Of a stretch of 64,000 nt of DNA, positions 31,086 to 41,500 are shown in pieces; within the stretch, counting starts at the first letter, position 1, and each line of letters opens with the position of its first letter. The notes beneath the pieces were generated by a model. It saw only the letters and a program-made list of their open reading frames with translations. It ran no database searches and was not told the DNA's origin. A program made the position numbers and the translations under genes. The DNA lies in contig OY968796.1 of NCBI GenBank assembly GCA_963695545.1, positions 2,624,001 through 2,688,000 on the forward strand. Reading direction: 5' to 3'. This DNA comes from Terriglobia bacterium (GTDB lineage Bacteria; Acidobacteriota; Terriglobia; Acidiferrales; UBA7541).

Positions 31086-32698
31086 ATGGATGCGCGCGCC
31101 GAGCACCGGCTTGGACGCAGAAGATTTTTGGCGGGCTTGGCGGCCTGCGGCGCCACGGCAATCGTTCCGAAACAAATTGACGGCGCGTTTCTTCGAGAGC
31201 GGACCGAAAGTGTGTCGGAGACAAAAGAAGTCGCCGAAATTTTCCTGGACATCAACCGGATCTACAAATGGGACACGTCGAATGGAGACACCTGGGATCC
31301 GTTCTGGGCGGACGACGGCAATCTCTACGCATTCAATTGCGATGGCCGTGGTTTTGGCGCGCAAAACAAAATGAATCTGGCCTTCAATCGGCTCGCGGGA
31401 GAAAGTCCGTCGAGCCTCGTCGGCACGCAAGTCAATGAGATGGATGAATACGGCAAGGGCGGCCAAAAGGGCCCCGACAACGCCACGTGGAAAGCTTGCG
31501 GACAGGAATGCATCGACGGCGTTTTCTACGCCTTCGTCTCGAGAAACGTCTACGGCCGCGACAGCAAAGATCCACTTCTCCGCCAATTGGCGAGCAATTC
31601 GAGCCTCATCAAATCAAGCAATCGCGGCCTCAGTTGGACGCGCAGCGCCGGCGAGAACTATGACCATCCGATGTGGCCGGGGAATCGTTTCGGAGCGCCG
31701 TTCTTTATTCACTACGGAATGAATGGCGGCCAGGTCTCGCGAGACGGTGCGAGTGAGTACGTCTACGCGGTTTCCACCAACGGTTTCTGGAATGACGGCG
31801 ACAATCTGATTTTGGGCAGAGTGAAACGCGTAGAGCTTCCCAACCTGAACAGCGCGGATTGGCAATATTTCACCGGCGGAGATGGCGGCGTCGCGACAAA
31901 TTGGTCGCCGCATATCGAAAGTGCTGTCGCGATCATCGATCGCTCCGCCAAGTGTAGACAGACGCCCGCTTGTTACGTGCCCGCGCTGGGAATCTATCTG
32001 CTGATCTCCTGGTACAACACCTCGACGATGACCAAGTGGTTTGACCCGAATGAAATGCGCTATGACCTCTATCAGGCGCCGCACCCATGGGGTCCGTGGA
32101 AACCCGTGAGTTCCTTTAGCGATCGCTTCATGGGGCCCAAGTATCATATGTATGGCCCCAGTCTGTGCGCGCGTTTTCAACAGACGCAAGGCGCGGACGT
32201 CGAGATTCGCTCTTCACATCGGGCTGCCCGTTCACGGATGTCCCGATCACGCCATATAAAATGTGGCACATTCCCGTGCTCTTGAGAACCGCGCCCCTGC
32301 CGAAGTCTGTATTCATTCCAGCTTCGGACAAGCAGATCAGCTACCAGGGAGTTTGGTTTCCGTGGACGACGGTGGAGGATCTTGAAGATCCTGAAAATCC
32401 CGCCACGCAAGACGCGCTGCCGCGAGCTTCGCAGACCGCCGAAAGCGCTGCCGAATTGTCGTTCGACGGCCCGGGCGTCGAGTACGTCGCGCAGAAATCC
32501 GATGGACAGGGCGGCGTGGATATCTATCTGGATGGTGTGCGCCAGGAGACTGCGAACTTGAATCTCAATGACTTTCCGGTTTTTTTCAATGTCGTTATTT
32601 TCGCGCAGCACGGGCTGCCTCAGGGAAAACACGTGATCAGGATCGCGAACGCAAGCGGCGCGCGGGTCAATCTCGAAGGCTTTCGCGTATACGCATAA
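31086..32698 (+). pseudogene. Tat-exported putative glycosidase/beta-propeller with C-terminal beta-sandwich; frameshift near 32207
   Basis: GRRRFL Tat motif, GDTWDPFWADDG, SSNRGLSW Asp-box-like and APHPWGPW. Frame 31086-32285 degenerates after ADVEI, while frame 32165-32698 continues LFTSGCPF...VDIYLDG. Confidence 0.7.
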
Positions 32699-32719
32699 CC
32701 GCATCGTCAGGAGAAGCCG

Positions 32720-34252
32720 ATGAATATGAATCGAAGAGAATTTCTGGCCTCGGCCGCGGCCCTCGCCGCGGTCCGCGCGCGTCTCGGCCGGCCGCAATCG
32801 CCGGAGCCATCGCACGGATTTCCGGCGTCGGTCTTGCGAAACGATTCCTCCTACGTTGAGGACCCGCCCGTTGCCGGCTACCACTGGGCTTCGGCCAGCG
32901 CTTACGAAGCGTTCCAGGACATGAAGTTCGGCATTCGCATTCATTGGGGCATTTATTCCATCTGGCATCGCGGAGCGGAGTCGTGGCCGTTCCTGCCGAT
33001 GTCGTTCGATGACCGGCAGACCTACAACAGCCTTTACAAAACCTGGAACCCCGCGGGCTTCGACGCAGATGCGTGGATGGATGCATTCAAGGAAAGCGGC
33101 ATGAAGATGTTTGCCTTCACCACCAAGCACCATGAAGGTTTTTCGATGTTCGACACGAAGACCAGGGTCAAGAACCGCGCAAACTGGACGGCACCAGGCG
33201 GTCCGGCGATCGAATCGTGCGATCTCTCCTACTCGATCATGGAAACTCCGTTTCGCCGCGATGTCGTGAAGGAACTCTGCGACGCGGCGCACAAACGCGA
33301 CATCAAGATCGATCTCTACTTTTCTCATCCGGATTGGTATGACGCAGACTTCCGCCCGTACGTGCAGCATCCGCTGCAGGTTCCGTCCTCGGCGCAGTTG
33401 CAAATCCCGAGTGATATCGCGAGAACGCGGCAAATTTACGACGATCATGCGGTGATCGTTGCCGATCCAACCGATGCGGAAGTGACGCGCATGATGGAGC
33501 GGCATCGCGCGCAGCTTGTGGAGTTGCTTACCAACTATGGAAAGATCGACATGATGTGCCTGGACATGTATCTCGGTCCGCGCGTCTGGCCGGAGATGCG
33601 CAAGACGGTGCTGAAACTTCGCGAGATACAACCCGACGTGATGCTGCGCAATCGGGGCATCGGCGATTACGGCGATTACTACACGCCAGAGCGCGTGGTT
33701 CCCGGCTCGAAAGGATCCTCGGACAAGCCGTGGTTTTGTATTTATCCGCTTGGCACGGATTTCTCATATGAAGCCGACGCCTCGAAATACAAAGGCACGC
33801 AGTGGATTATTCAGAATCTCGCGGACACCGTGGCCAAAGGAGGCGGCCTGATGATCGGAGTCGGCCCCAGCGCGTACGGAGAATTTCACCCTGAGCCGAT
33901 CCGGCAAATGAAGGGCGTTGGCGCGTGGCTGAAGGTCAACGGCGAAGCCATCTACGCGACTCGCCCGCGCGACGGCACGGATTGGTCCGAAGGCGATTCG
34001 ATTCGCTACTCCAGATCGAAAGATCGCCGGTTCGTTTACGCGATCCTCACTCAATGGCCGGGGACACAACTGAAGTTGAAGTCCGTGCAGCCCAAAAGCG
34101 GTTCTGAAGTGACGCTCCTGGGATCGAACGCCGCGCTCACGTGGAACTTCGACTCCGCTCTCGGAACGACGATTACGCTGCCCGAAAGTTTGCAGCAGCC
34201 TGCAAACCGGCCGTGCGAATACGCCTGGTGCTTTAAGATCGAGGCGATCTAG
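32720..34252 (+). CDS. Alpha-L-fucosidase (GH29), Tat-exported
   Basis: NRREFL; KFGIRIHWG, TTKHHEGFSMFDT, YFSHPDW and WLKVNGEAIYATRP. Confidence 0.92.
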   Translation: MNMNRREFLASAAALAAVRARLGRPQSPEPSHGFPASVLRNDSSYVEDPPVAGYHWASASAYEAFQDMKFGIRIHWGIYSIWHRGAESWPFLPMSFDDRQTYNSLYKTWNPAGFDADAWMDAFKESGMKMFAFTTKHHEGFSMFDTKTRVKNRANWTAPGGPAIESCDLSYSIMETPFRRDVVKELCDAAHKRDIKIDLYFSHPDWYDADFRPYVQHPLQVPSSAQLQIPSDIARTRQIYDDHAVIVADPTDAEVTRMMERHRAQLVELLTNYGKIDMMCLDMYLGPRVWPEMRKTVLKLREIQPDVMLRNRGIGDYGDYYTPERVVPGSKGSSDKPWFCIYPLGTDFSYEADASKYKGTQWIIQNLADTVAKGGGLMIGVGPSAYGEFHPEPIRQMKGVGAWLKVNGEAIYATRPRDGTDWSEGDSIRYSRSKDRRFVYAILTQWPGTQLKLKSVQPKSGSEVTLLGSNAALTWNFDSALGTTITLPESLQQPANRPCEYAWCFKIEAI

Positions 34253-34257
34253 GCGTC

Positions 34258-35391
34258 TCATTTCTTAGGAAACGCTTTCCCCAGAGCCGCGAGCTGATCG
34301 AGGAACGGCTGGGTGATCGTTCCGTCGAGTTCGACCGGAACGTCCCACGTGACGGAGCCGCCGTAATCCCTGATCACTTTGGTGTAGGCCAAGACTTGAT
34401 CCGTGGTGAAGCGAGGCGTGCCGCGGCCCCAGGTTTCCCCGAGAAAACTGAGCATGTGAATTTGCGTGCCGTCCACGCGGCCGTTCACTTGCCGCGTCAC
34501 GCTGACCAAATCAACTTTATTGATTTCGCCGGCGGTGAAATCCTCCTCGGGGCTCACTGAGAGGATGCGATATACCACGCCGGGATTGAACGCCACGCTC
34601 GAATCGGGGTTGCCCGCGCGCGCCGCAGCCGCGAAGCTCGCGAAATTCGGCGCGTTGGCGCCGCGATACATCGAATTGGGAAAGTAGCAGCCGTCGAACC
34701 ACCAGCCGACAACTTTCGTGCCCCAGCGTTTTGACCAATCGGCGATGATCATCTCCCACTTGCGCTGGAAATTCTTGTTTGGATACGGGCCGTTCAGCCA
34801 TTCAAGTGCGGCTTTGGCGTCATTGTCTTGGTTGGGCGCGCCGGAAGGGAGATAGACCATCAGCTTGATGTCGCGCCGGCGCAGCGGCTCGTAGAAATCC
34901 GCGATCAGATCCCGGCGCGAGCATTTGCTCGCCTCGATTCCGGTAATCTTGTCGTACACCGAATTCGGAGAAGCGTAGTAACCCGAGTTTTGGCCGATGC
35001 TGATCTGATAGTGGCCCGCGCCGACGGAATCAAGCCGCTTGGCCATGGCCTCGACGTCGAATCCATCCACGAGTCTGTTCCACACGTCGACGTTCATATC
35101 TAGGTTGTGGATTTTCGCCTGCCAGCCGGCGAGATAGTGCGTCATCACGCCCCAGCAGTAGCGCGGATCCTGCATCCACGCGGCGCGGCTTGATCCGGGA
35201 TAGAGCGCTTGCGGCGGCGGACCGACGTCAAGCGGCGGGGAGGAAACGGGATCGGCGGGTTTCGCGTCGGTTGGAGGCGACGTCTGCGAGCTGCCCGCGG
35301 AGGGAAATGCACGCAGGGGAAGAGCGCTCGCGGCCACAGCAGCGCTCGTACCGATCATCCAATCGCGGCGCGATATTTTCCTGAGGCCCAT
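34258..35391 (-). CDS. Tat-exported putative glycoside hydrolase (GH29-like TIM barrel)
   Basis: SRRDWM Tat motif; FDVEAMA, RRDLIAD, KLMVYLPS and VGWWFDG resemble the GH29 core. Confidence 0.6.
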   Translation of the reverse strand: MGLRKISRRDWMIGTSAAVAASALPLRAFPSAGSSQTSPPTDAKPADPVSSPPLDVGPPPQALYPGSSRAAWMQDPRYCWGVMTHYLAGWQAKIHNLDMNVDVWNRLVDGFDVEAMAKRLDSVGAGHYQISIGQNSGYYASPNSVYDKITGIEASKCSRRDLIADFYEPLRRRDIKLMVYLPSGAPNQDNDAKAALEWLNGPYPNKNFQRKWEMIIADWSKRWGTKVVGWWFDGCYFPNSMYRGANAPNFASFAAAARAGNPDSSVAFNPGVVYRILSVSPEEDFTAGEINKVDLVSVTRQVNGRVDGTQIHMLSFLGETWGRGTPRFTTDQVLAYTKVIRDYGGSVTWDVPVELDGTITQPFLDQLAALGKAFPKK

Positions 35392-35640
35392 GGGTATTTG
35401 CTCCCATCTCGATCTGCACGAGAGACCCTTACTCGCGTGCCAGAGTCGGAAGACGTGCCGTCGCTATATAGAGACGCTGGGGGAGGCCGCGAACGTTTCG
35501 TATTTTCTGAAAGCTTCGTTTTGGAGTCTGAAACTTTCGATCTGCACCTTAAAAAGTTACGGGATTCGAGCGCGGACTTGTGATAAGCAGAGATGTTGCA
35601 AACTTCAGGGCCCTGCCCGGAACGGGACGGCGACGCGAGA

Positions 35641-38064
35641 ATGGACCGAGACCCCGGATCAATCGACAAATCGAAGAGAAGGAAAATTGTTCGAGTATCC
35701 TCATTGATCCTCGCTGCGGTCCTCGCCGCTCTCGCGATGTCGGGCGCGGGACTGAGCACGGCGCGCGCCTCGGAACTCGACGACGATTGGGCCGCAATCC
35801 AGAATTTCCTCGGTGGGCTGAAGGGCGTGGTCACCACGCCGCCCGAGGGAATTGTGAATCAGCGCTACAGCGCCGGCTTGCTTATGGGCAATGGCGATAT
35901 CGGCGTCGTCGCCGGCGATACGACTTCCGATCAGAAATTTTATTTCGGCAAGAACGATTTCTGGGGCACGGCGCCCGATAACACCCATCCCGAATACCGG
36001 CCGGGTGTGCTCTCTCTCGGCGGGCTCACGATCAGTTCGCCCACGCCGAGCCCCAATCCCGATGCCGTTTATCGCATGGAGCAGGACATCCTCCACGCGC
36101 AAGTGACCACCACGATGCAGCTGGGCAACACCGTGGTCACGATGCGCTCGTGGACCGCGGATACCGACAACGTGTTCATCACGGAATTTTCGAGCGCAGC
36201 CGGCAGCGCGGCCGTTCCGATCAACGTGCAGCTGTGGATTCCACCGAACAAAGTTTATCCCTATGCGAGCGGCGAATCGGATGGCGCTCTGTGGATCACG
36301 CGCACAAATAATTTCTCGGGCGCAAACGATTTCATCGCTCGCGCCGCCATTGCCGTGCGTTTGCTGGGCACGCAATTTTCATCTCCCACGACTGGCGACG
36401 GCACCGCCAGCGGCACTTTCACGCTCGCGCCCGGAGTGCCGGTTCGCCTGGTGGCCGTGTTTCGCAGCGACGCGCGCACCGGACCCGCCGGTCCGACGAC
36501 GGACGCTTTGAGGCAACAGGCGCTCGCAGCCGCGGCGAGATCGAACACACCTGCCGTCGATGCATTCTGGGCAGGGCACCTCGCGTTCTGGAAAAGCTAC
36601 TGGCTGCGCTCGTACGTTCGCGTTTACGACGACCTGCTCGAGAAGTATTACTACGGAGCGCTGTATGTGCTGGGCTCGTCGACGCGGCCACACAAATTTG
36701 TGCAGACTCCGATGTTTGGCCCGTGGGTGACGACCGATATGTCCAAGTGGGGCGCGCGGTATTTCGACAATTACAATGTGGAAGCGCCGTATTACGGAAT
36801 CTTTTCCGCGAATCGCCCGGATTGGATTTTGCCTTACACCAATTTCGTTTTCGCGGAAGAGCCGTTTCAGCAGAACTACACGGCGATTGCGGGTTACAAG
36901 GGCGTGGCGTACACGCGCAGTTTTCCGCCGTTCGATCAGTATGCTCCGCGACCCGCGCCGGTGTCGATCGCGGAGGGCAAGGACTACACCAGATTCGGCT
37001 CAAGCGCCGATCAGAAGTCCGACGGCACGTTCCTCACGATTCCGGCGATTTGGTATTGGGAGTACACGCGCGACGATGTCTATTTGAGGAAGCGTCTGTA
37101 TCCGCAGCTCAAGGCGCTGGATGCTTTTTGGCGCGATTTTATGGTTTGGGATGGCAAGCGCTACGTGATCGAGGGCAGTTCGGCGCACGAAGGGCTGCCG
37201 GTGGACACCAATCCCAATCTCGATCTCGGATTTTTCCGGAAAGTGGAGAAGACGCTGATTGAAGCGAGCGGCGTGCTGGGCGTCGATTCCAATATGGTGC
37301 CGGTGTGGCGCGACGTGCTCGCGAAGCTGAGCGCGTATCCCACCGAGACGTACAACGGCGTGGAAGTTTTCACCATCGCCGAAGTCGTGAACAACGACAG
37401 TCATCGAGTGTTTGAGCCGTCGGGACAGCCGATCGACATGGAAGGCGTGGTTTTCCCCGGCGAAGACCTGGCGGTCGGCGGCGATCCGAAACTTTTGAAG
37501 ATCGCGATGGACACGCTTACGCAGATGAATTCCTGGGGTTCGACGCCGGGCTCGAACAGCACCAACGGTTTCCAGAAGGAATTTCCGATCGCCGCGCGCG
37601 TTGGTTGGCCGGGCGACGATCTGCTGGTGAAACTTCGCGCGGCGATCCTTTATCACTGGCGCGAGAGCAACCTGACGGTGGCGCATCAATCCGGCGGCAT
37701 CGAAACGGCCGGCACGATGGAATGCATCGACTCGATGATGCTTCAGCACGAAAACGGCGTGCTGCGCATTTTCCCGGTGTGGCCGACCGACAAGGATGCG
37801 ATGTTCAAGCGGCTGCTGGCGAAGGGCGCGTTCGAGGTCTCGAGCGAAATGAAAAATGGGGCGATTCCTTACGTCGACATCACGAGCGAGAAGGGCGGGG
37901 AATTGACGATGCAGAATCCGTGGCCCGACGCGAAGCCGACGATCGAGCGAATCGATCCCGCGACGCGCGCGAAGATCGCTCGCGTGAGTTACACGATGGA
38001 TGCCGGCAATTTGGTATTCACGACCAAGCCCGGCGAACGATATTTGATCACGCCGCAACATTAA
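35641..38064 (+). CDS. GH95-like glycoside hydrolase (alpha-fucosidase-related)
   Basis: Signal peptide; MGNGDIG, KNDFW, HLAFWKSYW, DNYNVEAPY and MMLQ...IFPVWP...GAFEVS; start uncertain (35593 or 35641). Confidence 0.7.
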   Translation: MDRDPGSIDKSKRRKIVRVSSLILAAVLAALAMSGAGLSTARASELDDDWAAIQNFLGGLKGVVTTPPEGIVNQRYSAGLLMGNGDIGVVAGDTTSDQKFYFGKNDFWGTAPDNTHPEYRPGVLSLGGLTISSPTPSPNPDAVYRMEQDILHAQVTTTMQLGNTVVTMRSWTADTDNVFITEFSSAAGSAAVPINVQLWIPPNKVYPYASGESDGALWITRTNNFSGANDFIARAAIAVRLLGTQFSSPTTGDGTASGTFTLAPGVPVRLVAVFRSDARTGPAGPTTDALRQQALAAAARSNTPAVDAFWAGHLAFWKSYWLRSYVRVYDDLLEKYYYGALYVLGSSTRPHKFVQTPMFGPWVTTDMSKWGARYFDNYNVEAPYYGIFSANRPDWILPYTNFVFAEEPFQQNYTAIAGYKGVAYTRSFPPFDQYAPRPAPVSIAEGKDYTRFGSSADQKSDGTFLTIPAIWYWEYTRDDVYLRKRLYPQLKALDAFWRDFMVWDGKRYVIEGSSAHEGLPVDTNPNLDLGFFRKVEKTLIEASGVLGVDSNMVPVWRDVLAKLSAYPTETYNGVEVFTIAEVVNNDSHRVFEPSGQPIDMEGVVFPGEDLAVGGDPKLLKIAMDTLTQMNSWGSTPGSNSTNGFQKEFPIAARVGWPGDDLLVKLRAAILYHWRESNLTVAHQSGGIETAGTMECIDSMMLQHENGVLRIFPVWPTDKDAMFKRLLAKGAFEVSSEMKNGAIPYVDITSEKGGELTMQNPWPDAKPTIERIDPATRAKIARVSYTMDAGNLVFTTKPGERYLITPQH

Positions 38065-38135
38065 GAAGCACCAGTGCGAACTGCGGAACTCACGAAATGA
38101 GTTTCAAGATGTGCTTCGGTGGGCCGAGAGCCCCC

Positions 38136-38465
38136 ACCCCCGGGTACCCAGTTCGTAAAAAACTGTAATCAAAGGACTTCCAGGAAAAGTGTGACGTAGC
38201 AGTGCGCAATTGCCTGAAACTAAGAGGCTTACAGGATTTGCTTTGCTCTTTGTTTTCAATAAGATGCGCACACTTTTGGAGGAGTGTGGATCGAGCTGAA
38301 AACAAAAGGTTTGCAGGGTCGATTTTGTATCGAAAACCGCGGACGGAATGCGGATCGCGCGGGGAAATTGCCCACGGATTCAGCGGCGAGGATGTGCGTC
38401 CTCGTGTCATGCGCAAGCATAGCACAGTGGTATAACGCGTGTCAATTACTTTCTGGTTATTCGAA
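38136..38465 (-). repeat. Dispersed promoter-bearing element, copy B (homologous to 5510-5970); possible leaderless ORF 38410-38090
   Basis: Reverse complement carries the same ordered blocks as copy A, including TTGACA-18bp-TATGCT and a 22/23-identical block at 38249-38271. Confidence 0.7.
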
Positions 38466-38508
38466 CAGGTCGGCCATGCGATCATGCGCCTGCGGCGGAC
38501 ACACTGAT

Positions 38509-38550
38509 CAAAAACGCGAAGCGGCCCGAGCTTCCGGGCCGCTTCGCGTG
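38509..38550 (-). terminator. Rho-independent terminator of TonB-dependent receptor
   Basis: ACGCGAAGCGGCCCG-agcttc-CGGGCCGCTTCGCGT hairpin with a T tract on the minus strand. Confidence 0.85.
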
Positions 38551-38570
38551 TTCGGGGTTGGGGTGAAAGG

Positions 38571-41500
38571 TTAGAACGCGAACTTCACGGCCATCTGCAA
38601 TTCGCGTGGCGTGCTGGCAATCGCCTGAATCGCAGCCGCGGTTCCGTAGCTGATTGTGCCGCTACTGAACGAGGGAGCGATGCTCGGCGCGCTGGTGCCG
38701 CCCGTGGACCCGGGAATGGCCCAGACCACATGGTTGAACACGTTGAAGGCCTCGAAGCGGAATTGCAGCGTCTTGGTGTCGCTCAGTCGGAAGTTCTTCA
38801 GCAGCGAGAAGTCCACGTCGTTGAAGTTCTGCGATCGCAAGCTGCCGATCTGCAAGGTGCCGAAGCCGTAGCCGGGTCCAACGGTCGGCGAGGCGGGACT
38901 GATATAGCACGCCGGGTTGAACCACTCTGTGAGCGTGCCTTTGGGAACAGCGCAGTTCGGCAAGAGATCCGGACGGCTGTAACCGGTGATGGATTCCGCG
39001 GAATTGGTCAGGTTCGCCGGATCGGTGCTGGTGGGCGCGTCGCCTGCGATCGAAGCCGGCACGCAACTTGTGGTTACCGGAGTCGTGGCGTCGGGCGCGC
39101 AAAGATTGCTGGCACCGCCCCAGGTTGGGTTGAACGCCTGACCCGAGCGAGCCAGGAAGGAGAAGTTGGTCTCCCAATTCCCGACGATCCAGGATAGCAG
39201 CCCGTGGTTCACCCACTTTTCTCCGCGGCCAAAGGGCAGGTCGTAGACCGCGCTCCAATTGAAGAGTTGCGGAATGTCGTAGGCGCAGGGTCCATACGAG
39301 AGAGATTGGTTGAAGAAATACTCGTAGGGCGCGCCTTCTCCGCCGTTCTCAGCATTGAACTGTCCGTTGGCATTGCCAAGGCACCTCGACCATGTATACG
39401 CGATGAGTGTTTCGAGTCCGTGCGAAAAGCGCTTCTGGTATTGGGCTTGAAGCGCGTTGTAGTTAGAGGAGCCGGTACTCTCGGCGTAGTTTAATGCCTG
39501 AGCGAACGGCATGTACTCCGTCTGGTTGATTTGCGCCTGGGTCAACGGCGTGGTCGGGCAGGTGAAGCCCTGATTCGCGTTGTTCTCGCAGAACGGGCCG
39601 CCTTGCGGGTAGTTGATCTTGCAGCACCAATCGAGCCGCGCGGTTTTGCTTCCGACGTAGGCCACCGAGAACATCGAGGAAGCGGTCAACTGGCGCTCGA
39701 TTTGGAGGTTCCATTGCTGCGAACGCGGGTCGCTATAGTTCGGAGCGTTGGTGTAGCCGCCGAACGTGGAACCCCACGGTGTGGGCGCGATGACGATCGG
39801 CAGGCTTCCGCTCAAACCCTGCAGATTGGAGGTGCTGTACCCGCCGTAAGGGCCGCAAGAGGCGGTGCTGTAACAAATCGGGTTGACCGTCGGCGAAGGT
39901 GCGGCATTTTGCTCGGCGGTGTTCAGCGTGTCGGAAACACCTCGCGTCCAGGGCCAGACGGAGCCCTGAAGCGTGTTTTCTGCGTACTGACTGCGGTAGC
40001 TGATCGTGTCGTAGTAGATGCCATAGCCGACGCGCAGAACGGTGTTGTGCGTGAACTGCCAGGCGAGCCCAAGCCGCGGGCCGACGTTGTCGCTAATGGC
40101 CTTCAGCGCCGGTTGATTGCTTCCGGAGAACGAAATGTTGTTGAGCGTGTTGTAGGTGACGCCGCCGACGGTGACATTGAATGCCGCGTTAGAGCTTGAG
40201 AGCCCACCGGGGACGCACGGTGGAGCGACGGTGGTCGTGCAACCGGTGGAATACGCAGCGGTGTCCGCGGATCCGATGACGAACTGCTTGGCCGGGTAGT
40301 TGTAGGCGTTGATGGTCTCGCCGTCGCTGACCAACAGATATACCGGCGGGACGTAGTCATAACGCAGACCGATATTCACCGTGAGTGTCGGCTTGATGTG
40401 CCAGTTGTCCTGGGCGAAAAAGCCGATAGGCTCCATGGCGACGTGAACTTCTTCCAGCTGTGGCACGTTCACCGTGAACGCGGAAGGAAGATCAAGAAGC
40501 ATCGAAGCCAGGCCGTTGCCCTCGGCGCCGGAGCACGCGAAGTTTCCGGAACTGTTCGTCGGGCAGGTGTCGCTGGCACTGGAACTGAACTGCTCGTAGA
40601 GGTTGGTCTCGAGGCGATTCTCGTAGAGATATTCGCCGCCGAACTTGAAATTGTGATTGCCGTGGATCCAGGTCACGGTGGCGTTGAAATCGTGTTCTGG
40701 ATTCGCGCGATGCTCCGGGCCCACGTTGCCGATCACCGTGGGATAGCCGCTGGCCGGGCTCAAATAAAATCCATCGGTGGAGGAGAGCCCTGAGAAACCG
40801 GCGGTCGATTCGGGACCGTCGCCGGCCGAGTTGGTCTGATTGACCACGACGGGGCGCGAGTTGATGCCTCCGCGGACGGACAGAATCAGGTTGGGCGTGA
40901 AGACGTGGTCCCAAGCGCCGCCGATGTTCCAAGTATGGTAAGGACTGGGCGCAAGGGAGGTGGTTCCGGCAACGATTGACGTCGTGGTGTCCCACATCAT
41001 GTAGGCCCTGCCCATGATGGTGTCGTGGTTCCCGAAGTGCTCGTCAATGCGGGCGTCCATGTTGCTGTTGAGGTCGGTCTTGGGACGCGAGTCCAGGCAA
41101 TTGTCCACGGCAGAGGCGTAATTGGGCGTGAAGGAGCAGTTCGCGAATTCCGGCGCGGTGTAGGCCTTGATCACGGATGCGAGCTTGGTGTCGATCAGAG
41201 CCGCGGGAATCACGTTGCACGGAAAGCCGGCCATCTGTACGCCATAGCCGGAAGTGCCGAACGTCGCGGCCGGGTTCACCAGCGGCTCGGGCGTGGTGCC
41301 GCCCGATGCGGTGCACTGAAAGGGAATCGCCGAACTCGGGGAACTCTCCGCGAATGGATTGTAAAGCTGATTCGGAGTTACGCCGGTTTTGGTGGAATTT
41401 ACGGAGCCGACAAGTTCCGGCGTAACCGTTCCGCTGAAGTCACCAGAAAGTTCCTGGGTGGTCGGATCGATCGTGAAACTGTTGGTGGGCTGCGAGAAAT

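Noticed and set aside
32195..32220. Programmed ribosomal frameshift
   Set aside because: No slippery heptamer or clear stimulatory structure; a single-base deletion or assembly error is simpler.
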